A stretch of DNA of 64,000 nucleotides from Nemertoderma westbladi (taxonomy: Eukaryota > Animalia > Xenacoelomorpha), in assembly GCA_032718475.1 (NCBI GenBank), contig JAUCBJ010006616.1, forward strand, positions 27,891 through 91,890. The letters are read 5' to 3'. Shown piece after piece: positions 57,201 through 64,000 of the stretch (the first letter of the stretch is position 1; each line of letters begins with the position of its first letter). The position numbers and the translations under genes are program-made. The notes under the pieces were generated by a model, which was not told where the DNA came from, did not search any database, and saw only the letters and a program-made list of their open reading frames with translations.

Positions 57201-60200
57201 GACATACCAGTTGAAAATGTAGCTGATAACATGCATGATACTCGATACGGGGGTGAGTTTTGTTTTGAAGAAGATTTAGATATTGCTGTCATTACCATAC
57301 CTCCGAAAATTTTGATGTTACCAGATATGGAGACATTACCAGAACTATCAGCTGTTATCCAAACTGATGTGCCACAACTAGTAGCTGATACTGTGGAGAT
57401 GGTTTCGGATGAATTACTCACAGTTATTAATGACGAGGCTCTTGAGGATCTAGGACCGAAAGATTCAGAATTGGATGTAATTATGGTTGTTGATGAAGAA
57501 ATTATTGAAGACAATGCGGTCTCTGATCAGAAAATTCCTTTGGAGTTTATTCCCATAGATAATATTGTTGATGTTGAACAAAGTTATTTAAACTATGCTG
57601 TGCTCAATGACATACCAGTTGAAAATGTAGCTGATAACATGCATGATACTCGATACGGGGGTGAGTTTTGTTTTGAAGAAGATTTAGATATTGCTGTCAT
57701 TACCATACCTCCAAATATTTTGCTGTTACCAGATATGGAGACATTACCAGAACTATCAGCTGTTATCCAAACTGATGTGCCACAACTAGTTGCTGATACT
57801 GTGGAGATGGTTTCGGATGAATTACTCACAGTTATTAATGACGAGGCTCTTCAGGATCTAGGACCGAAAGATTCAGAATTGGATGTAATTATGGTTGTTG
57901 ATGAAGAAATTATTGAAGACAATGCGGTCTCTGATCAGAATATCCCCTTGGAGTGTGTTCCAATCGACACTAGCGTTGATTTTGATCCATGTTATATTAA
58001 GTACGCTTTGATTAATGACATTTTGATTGAAAATGTGACGTATATTGACATGGTACGTGATATTCGGTACGGAATGGAACTTTCCATTACAGAAGATTTA
58101 GTTGCAGTTGCAATTCCTCCAATTGTTTTTCAATCGCTTTGTGTTTTTGATTCAGAAGCAAAAGATATTGGGGATGTTGTTTCTAGTGCGACATTCATTG
58201 ATTTAATAATAAATCCTGAATTAGTCTCTTTTGAAGATGAGTTACTTGAAGAAGTTCGTTCTGCACTAATTGTAGAACAAATTATGAAGTTTGCTTATGA
58301 AAGTTTGGCCGATACACCAGTAAGTGGAGTTTCTGATACTAATCTTAATGCGATAACAGAATATGCCAACAATCTTAGTGCTGCAATAATTCTCGTTGTT
58401 TACGAAGATATTGTTAAGATAACTGATAAGCTAACATTTCCGCATGTTGGAGACATTAGCTATATGGGCCATGTTTGGGAAAGTACAGATGATATTGAAT
58501 GCAATGTTGCGGAACAACCATTGGCCAATATTTCCGAAAATGAATTATCATTTGGAAAAACCTCACAAGAAGACATTCCTGTAACTTTTGGTTTCGGAAT
58601 TTCCGAATCAGTCCATTCATCTTCCATTAGCGATGACATTTATTGTGAAAATGAAGTGGCTGAAGTCACTTCCTTGCCAAACATCAATGTATTAGACGGT
58701 TTTTCTGAAGTTGTTTCTACTTCTTCTCTGGTCTGGTCTGGTCTTCCTGTTGAAAAGGTATTGAGTAGTGATGACGAGGCAAAGTCGCTACATTCTGTTG
58801 TGGTAGAATATCATACAGCATCATATACAGATGCTGTTAAAACAAAGTGCAGCGAAATGGCTACGGTATCACCGGGTATTCCGTTTGTAAAGGAGATGCC
58901 TTATGAGATAATCAAGACTAAAGTAGTTTCCCCATCTTGCGGTTATGATATAATAATTTTTGACGAAGTTGAAGAAATAGAAGTTTTGAGAGCAGCAGTC
59001 ACTCCTCCGAGGATCATCTTCCATGCAGTTGAGAGTTTTAATACAGATGAATTTGCTGTTCGTATACCATCCCCAGATGATGTTAAACAATTTACTTATG
59101 CAGATATTGCGCAATCTTTTATGGAAGATGAAATTGTCATTACGTCATTTGAGGAGGATGAACGTATCGAAGTCTTGCTGGAGATGGTACACCCCAGAAC
59201 GGAATTTGACAGGGTACAATATGGGAAACAGCCATTTGAAATTATTGAAGGCCCAATCACTGGAACCTCTGATACGGCTATTATAATGAAAGAGGCTGGT
59301 AGCCTTCTTGAAAGGGAAGTAATCAATTCCTTGCCTTTGTCAGTTTATGTAGAATCTGCTTTGTCACATTGCTCCGATGTGATCAACATTGCCATTGAAA
59401 AGGAACAGAAAACGATTGATTTATGCGAAAAGCTTGACTCCAATTCTATATTTTTAGAATTAGCCAGTACTGACTCAGAACCCTCAACTGAGCCTCATGC
59501 CATCAATCCCAATCAAACGTATAAGAATGTTTGTGATTCCCGCCAGTGTGTTTTGACTGATGCCGGATTTATTGGAAAATTGGGACAATTTCCTGAGCCC
59601 ATTACCGATGATATGGCTAAGTCCATGGTGAGCGATAGACTAGCTATTGACGGACAGACCAACTCCGATTCTGATGTTGAGTTTTATGTGGTTGACTCGG
59701 CATCACCTGATTCCGTATTGAGCACTGATTTCTCAGAAAACGAAGTCGAAATTATAAATATATCTCCCGTATTAGGACGTAGACCGAGATCTGATTCCGA
59801 ATCACAAGTTAAGCAACTACCCCATTTGGATTCTTCCGCCAATGATTCAGCACCAGGTTATCATGACTCACCTTTAACGAAATGGTCCGATAATGTTCCC
59901 ATGACATGTGCCGTGGATGCCCCACCTGCTATTGTAATCGGTTCCCCTTGTCCAGCCGCCATGGCCCTTCATAAGCGTTTCATTCCACTTAATTTAACAG
60001 AATCTGTTTTAAACAAAGCGATATATGCCCGGTCTACGAGGACTTCGAGACAGCGATACTACAGTCGTTCTCAAACTACAGCTTATTCATCTTCGTCAAG
60101 CTCCATGTCAAGCTCTCCTGAAACGAAAAAGAAATCGTTTGTTTCTGAGGTCGATTCAAGAAGGAAACCTCTTGATGACAGCGTATATTTAGGACCGTTT

Positions 60201-61223
60201 TCAACTGTGGAAAATACAATTCTTCAAAAGAGGAAAGATGTTCGAAGGCGATGCTCTACTGGACGATTGTCGATATGTTTGGATATGACTAAGACAGAGA
60301 GTATTGAAAGTCGAACTCAAAAACTAGGCCGTTTGACAGAAAATTTGTTACGAGACTTTGGCTCTGAAAAACCGCGCCTAAATTATGGTGCCACTGTTGT
60401 TATTCCACCATCGGCTGACATTGAGAATTTTGCATTCGAGGATTCCAAAGAGTCTCCAGTTACATGTCGAGTTTCATTACAACCACTGCATTCTACTGAT
60501 GGCCTCGTCGTTTTAAGTTACGACGAGATCAAGGAGTATAGGGTGCTCATCTGCGACGAGGATGCGGTTGAAGAAGCCTTGTGGCACAACTCCGTGATAA
60601 AGATGACACCGACGAGGAGACACAAGAACGTTGATGTTTGTTTGGACAACGAAACGGTAGTTGTTCGCCCAAAGATGAGAAAAAGGGTTCGTTTTAAGGA
60701 TGTGCATGAGGAACGGCCAATATCATTTTATGAAACAGACTTGAGCAGTTTACAATGGGTCGATGATGACACGGAATCGTCGCAGGATGAAAGCTTCCCG
60801 ATTTGGGAGCGGAGACTCGGAGGGTTTGAGGAAGTAGGCGAGCGACAGGAATATTATGTCGAGGATTTGTCCTCATCTTCTTCGGACAGCTCTCCTATGG
60901 GCTCCATCGATGACCTCAGTTCGATTCATGTCCCAAGATTCAGCGATGAGGATTCGAGTAGTTCCTCCTCGGTTCGGAGTATCGAGAGATTGCGCGCGGC
61001 GTCGACGACCACGGTATTCGAGATGTCGGACCGTCGATGCGAACCGGATCGCGTCGTCGAGGAGGAGGGCGAGGTCTGTCTCGAGATGGACGCAGTCACA
61101 GACGACACAAAGTGTCGGTACTGGAAGCCCGGACAACCGCGACACGTACAGATGACCTTCACTGTGGACGACTTCAAAACAACCAAGTCGATTGAGGACC
61201 AGATATTGGAGGAACTAAAAGAG
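19482..61223 (+). CDS. Giant exon, segment 3: B repeats, Ig1, U', A2 repeats, unique acidic region with Ig2, C repeats, basic tail; ends at a splice donor
   Basis: 41.7 kb without a stop, including more than 8 kb of non-repetitive AT-rich sequence. Ends AAA GAG|GTGGGT (phase 0); the listed stop at 61230-61232 lies inside the intron. Confidence 0.9.
30609..30897 (+). other. I-set immunoglobulin domain 1 (inside the giant exon)
   Basis: PMFIIPL...ASPPVSIQWFKDD...LYIENVSYDDAGSYSCRASNTYG carries the PxF, WxK, DxGxYxC and NxxG hallmarks of titin-type intracellular I-set domains. Confidence 0.92.
31000..32040 (+). repeat. About 2 A-type units (one with a 48-bp in-frame deletion) between Ig1 and U'
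   Basis: Markers at about 31101 and about 31623 are 522 bp apart (570 minus 48). Confidence 0.85.
32039..33308 (+). repeat. Spacer block U, copy 2
   Basis: Near-identical to 9061-10330 (e.g. TDVWPLDTYNVIEDVLIHQELLYILPQ), with scattered substitutions and no net indel. Confidence 0.93.
33300..46790 (+). repeat. Coding tandem array A2, 570-bp (190-aa) unit, about 24 copies
   Basis: Marker at 33300, 33870 ... 36720, 37296 (+6 indel) ... 46416. Diagnostic motifs are LPAESQIEIKDESM and ESTLSEEE. Confidence 0.97.
50772..51053 (+). other. I-set immunoglobulin domain 2 (inside the giant exon)
   Basis: PPMFISEL...AHVIGTPDTKVVWMKKG...LLIKDSDESDSGEYECHAYSSEG. Confidence 0.92.
55030..58060 (+). repeat. 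Coding tandem array C, 408-bp (136-aa) unit, about 7.4 copies
   Basis: The NYA(M/V)LNDIPVENVAD marker occurs at 55143, 55551, 55959, 56367, 56775, 57183 and 57591, with a diverged copy at about 57999. Confidence 0.96.
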
Positions 61224-62015
61224 GTGGGTTAGAATTTTCTTTAGAACAACTAGATGAGTGAGAGAAAGTAGAGAAAGTGAGAATTTTTAAAATTTGAATA
61301 ATTCTTTATAAGCGTTCTATGAGCGACAATAATTGAAAGGAACTGTAGTATATTATTTTGTAAGATAAATATTTAATGGTTGATATCATTTAGGCCTATA
61401 TCAATACCGTTAATTATTTGTTAACTATATATTTTATGTTATCTTTTTTTTTAATTTTGTTTTTAAATACATTATGTACATTTAATATCATCATTACGCA
61501 AACAAAGTTATTTTCTTTAATTTTATTTAATAAGTAACTTTTGATAAATTGGATGTTTTTAACAAATTTAATTCAATTTATCTGGAGGTCGGGTCCCGCC
61601 TCCACATCGCCCGCCACGCACGAACCCCGTTCCCACCAGTTTCTCCTGCAGCGCCTGGCTGTGGCGATTTTGGTGGGAGATGCTGCGTCAGTGATGGGAA
61701 CGGCCGACACTCCACACCACGGACTGTACGACGTTTAGTTTCCGGGTTATTCGCTCCATGATTAAAACTGAAAGTAACTAATATAAGATATACATACATT
61801 TGCGAGTTATATATTAATACCCGTATATAAGTTATTTGTCAGTCGTGTAATTTATACAGCAACTAATTTAATTTGTGCAGTTTCTATCACTTATAATAAA
61901 CCATTGTAATATAAATTTATAATTTATTCCCATTTATCTGTTTGTTTAATTAAATTTGTTTAAAAAAATTTCCGACGGACTTATTTTTTATGATATTTTG
62001 CGTATTTTATCTCAG
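61224..62015 (+). other. Intron (phase 0), GT-AG
   Basis: Donor GAG|GTGGGT, acceptor TATTTTATCTCAG|ATT. Very AT-rich. Joins ...LEELKE to IKDISGH... in frame. Confidence 0.85.
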
Positions 62016-62346
62016 ATTAAAGATATATCAGGACATGTTGTTGTCCTTCCACGCTTTATAAACTCCTTCCCGGAGACTTTCATTGATTACGGCGACCCCA
62101 TGCAGTTCGTCCTGCACTGCATCGCGCATCCCGACCCGGAGGTCGTCTGGATGAAGGACGGCCTGGAGATCGCCTCGATAACGCATTCTCGGGTTGTCAC
62201 GGAAACACGCACCACTGAGGATTACATTGTCACTATCCTGTCGGTCTCTGACGTCACGGGTGACGACGTAGGGGTATATACTTGCCGGTTGCTAACGTCA
62301 TCAGGCGTTGCATGGTACACAGTGCGGGTTGAACTCCATCATCAAG
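62016..62346 (+). CDS. Exon encoding I-set Ig domain 3
   Basis: LPRFINSF...CIAHPDPEVVWMKDG...LSVSDVTGDDVGVYTCRL. GC-rich, bounded by CAG| and AAG|GTTGGT (phase 0 to phase 1). Confidence 0.92.
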
Positions 62347-63205
62347 GTTGGTGGACACTTTATTACGATTGTAAACAGATGTTTTGTCTCAAAAAAAACA
62401 TTTTTGAACATAATTTTAGTTATTCTGAGCAATCAGAACATAAAACAATATTAAGAGGCGAAACCGAGGCTGTCTGTGATCATGATTAATAATAAAATTA
62501 CGTTTTTTTTTCAATATTCTCTCGACCCATTATTACCTCGTTGGCGCTCGGTAGATTAAATCCCCCGAGAATAGTGAAAAGTTCTATTTTTTTACCATGA
62601 AATTAATAATTATTTAGTATATTCATTACAATTTGAGATGAACTATAACGACAAATCTATAACTTTATTATATTTCGCATTTTGTATCAGATTTTATAGT
62701 TTTAACGTTTATCTCATTTTATGTATTTATTATCTTAGGTTGGCATGAATGATGGTTTATTAAGATGATTTGCATGATTTATAGTCTAAGAAACAAATGG
62801 AGTCGAATAATTTAATTGCATGGAAATCCAAACTCTATTATTCAGACGAGGACGACTAAACCATATCCTTTTCATATCTTACTAACTAATAAATATCTCA
62901 TAATAATAAACTAGTATCTTCAACAAAAACCAACTAACGACTGCTTTCAAACACTAACAATGTACCACTAACACATTCAGAATCTAATTTGTTTGTCTTC
63001 CATTTGACTTTGCCTAACTTTATAGAGTTTTCTCTTTGCCATGCGGTGGTGTTTCATTTGTTTTTGCCTAACTTTATAGAGTTTTCTCTTTGCCATGCGG
63101 TGGTGTTTCATTTGTTTTTGCCTAACTTTATAGAGTTTTCTCATTGCGCATGCGGTTTAGAAGTCCAATCACTGTATTCAACAAGTTGTTTTAATTATCC
63201 CACAG
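62347..63205 (+). other. Intron (phase 1), GT-AG
   Basis: Donor AAG|GTTGGT, acceptor TTTTAATTATCCCACAG|CC. The split codon G+CC = Ala keeps the frame. Confidence 0.85.
63001..63156. repeat. Intronic minisatellite, 54-bp unit, about 2.9 copies
   Basis: GCCTAACTTTATAGAGTTTTCTC starts at 63012, 63066 and 63120. Confidence 0.93.
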
Positions 63206-63498
63206 CCCCGTCCTTGGCCTCCGCTAGTTCCTGGTCTCGGCTCGACTTCGACGGGGATACCCCGCGAGAGTCCCCGTTACCACGGAGACGATCCTCTCTC
63301 CGCGCCCACACAGTGACTTCGGACTCCCGGGTGATTGGCCAATCAGCCTTCTCTACCGACTCAATGACCAGCACATCCCATGGCGACCCCCCGCGGTTCG
63401 CAACCACATTAAAGACCGTCGTTTCAGTTCGGGGGCTCCCCGCTGTCATTCAAGGCAGTATCACAGGGAACCCAGTACCAGATGTCACCTGGTATAAG
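63206..63498 (+). CDS. Exon encoding a Ser/Arg-rich linker and the N-terminal half of I-set Ig domain 4
   Basis: APSLASASSW...RRRSSL...DPPRFATTLK...GSITGNPVPDVTWYK, ending AAG|GTTAGT (phase 0). The rest of the Ig domain must lie downstream of the window. Confidence 0.9.
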
Positions 63499-64000
63499 GT
63501 TAGTCTTGTACACTGCGAGATTACATAGCCACCCTGCATAAAAGTATCAGGCAACTTTTCGAAATTTTTTGTTAATAAAATTTAATACTATTTATAAAAA
63601 ACCTAAAAATTTGCATAAATTTGCAGCGCCACCTAGCGGTGCAGAATTATTTTAACAAAATTTCGCCTGATAGTTATGTTGCCCCATCTTTGATCTATCA
63701 TATAAAAAAACTTTCATGTGATTAGGTTCAAAACTGTAAAAGCCTTAGGGTTTTAAGCGCAACCAAGTTTTTTTTGTTGTTAACTAGTATTAACTAATAT
63801 TAAATAGCGAAAAAAAAATATTTTCTGACCTGTCATGTAGAATAGCATCTTAGGCACCTATATGCCAAATTTTAGCCAAAATCAAACAATTTTGAAACGC
63901 TGAGAGTGATAAATCGAAGAGTTGTCCGAAAATGGTGTACCCCCCCCTTAATAATAAATTTATAAAAGGCCCCCACCCCGGGCCAAATAGGGTTAAGCAA
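63499..64000 (+). other. Intron (3'-truncated)
   Basis: Starts GTTAGT, is AT-rich, and no continuation of the Ig domain is seen. Confidence 0.75.
63626..63639 (-). promoter_or_regulatory. CTCF-like motif
   Basis: The minus strand reads CCGCTAGGTGGCGC, matching the CCRSYAGRKGGCRS core, in an AT-rich background. Motif match only. Confidence 0.4.

Noticed and set aside
729-57829. Dozens of 60-190-aa minus-strand ORFs and short alternative-frame plus ORFs recurring every 570/567/408 bp
   Set aside because: They are antisense or out-of-frame shadows of the coding repeats. Their Ser/Thr/Ile-rich content follows from the GAA/GAT/GTT codon bias, and they are broken by stops in several units.
1-61223. 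Secreted mucin or biomineralisation protein
   Set aside because: The acidic S/T-rich composition is compatible, but the Ig domains are intracellular I-set type and no signal or transmembrane segment is visible. Not fully excluded because the N-terminus is outside the window.
91-61232. Three separate genes of 2930, 3535 and 13877 aa
   Set aside because: The breaks fall mid-repeat, the register continues after removing one base, there is no intergenic sequence, and the listed starts are internal codons.
1-61232. Prokaryotic giant adhesin or surface protein, or giant-virus gene
   Set aside because: Phase-compatible GT-AG introns and titin-type I-set Ig exons downstream indicate an animal gene.
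61956-62489. 177-aa stand-alone ORF
   Set aside because: Only 62016-62346 is exon; the N- and C-terminal extensions are AT-rich intron read-through.
62989-63205. Hydrophobic repeated N-terminus (FHLFLPNFIEFSLCHAVV) of the 179-aa ORF as a signal or transmembrane segment
   Set aside because: It is the translation of an intronic 54-bp minisatellite upstream of the acceptor at 63205.
1-63498. Assigning a gene symbol (titin/sls/Strn-Mlck/unc-89)
   Set aside because: Four Ig domains and novel repeats are not enough to establish orthology without a search; no kinase, Fn3 or true PEVK region lies in the window.

Overview
This is eukaryotic (invertebrate-animal-like) genomic DNA, almost entirely part of one + strand gene for a giant titin/connectin-family-like protein with I-set Ig domains. 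Bases 1-61223 read as one uninterrupted coding exon of at least 61 kb (about 20,400 codons), already open at base 1. It is broken only by two +1 insertions (about 8878 and about 19481), and each is the union of two repeat variants, so both look like consensus artefacts. The exon is built from strongly acidic tandem arrays: 570-bp/190-aa units (about 16 and about 24 copies), 567-bp/189-aa units (33 copies) and 408-bp/136-aa units (about 7 copies). It also holds a 1.27-kb spacer duplicated 22,978 bp apart, two embedded I-set Ig domains, and a basic Ser/Arg-rich tail with an RVxF motif. It ends at a GAG|GTGGGT donor and splices in phase to two small Ig-coding exons (62016-62346, 63206-63498); the gene continues beyond the window. 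The many minus-strand ORFs are shadows of the repeats. Organism and orthology cannot be fixed from the sequence alone.
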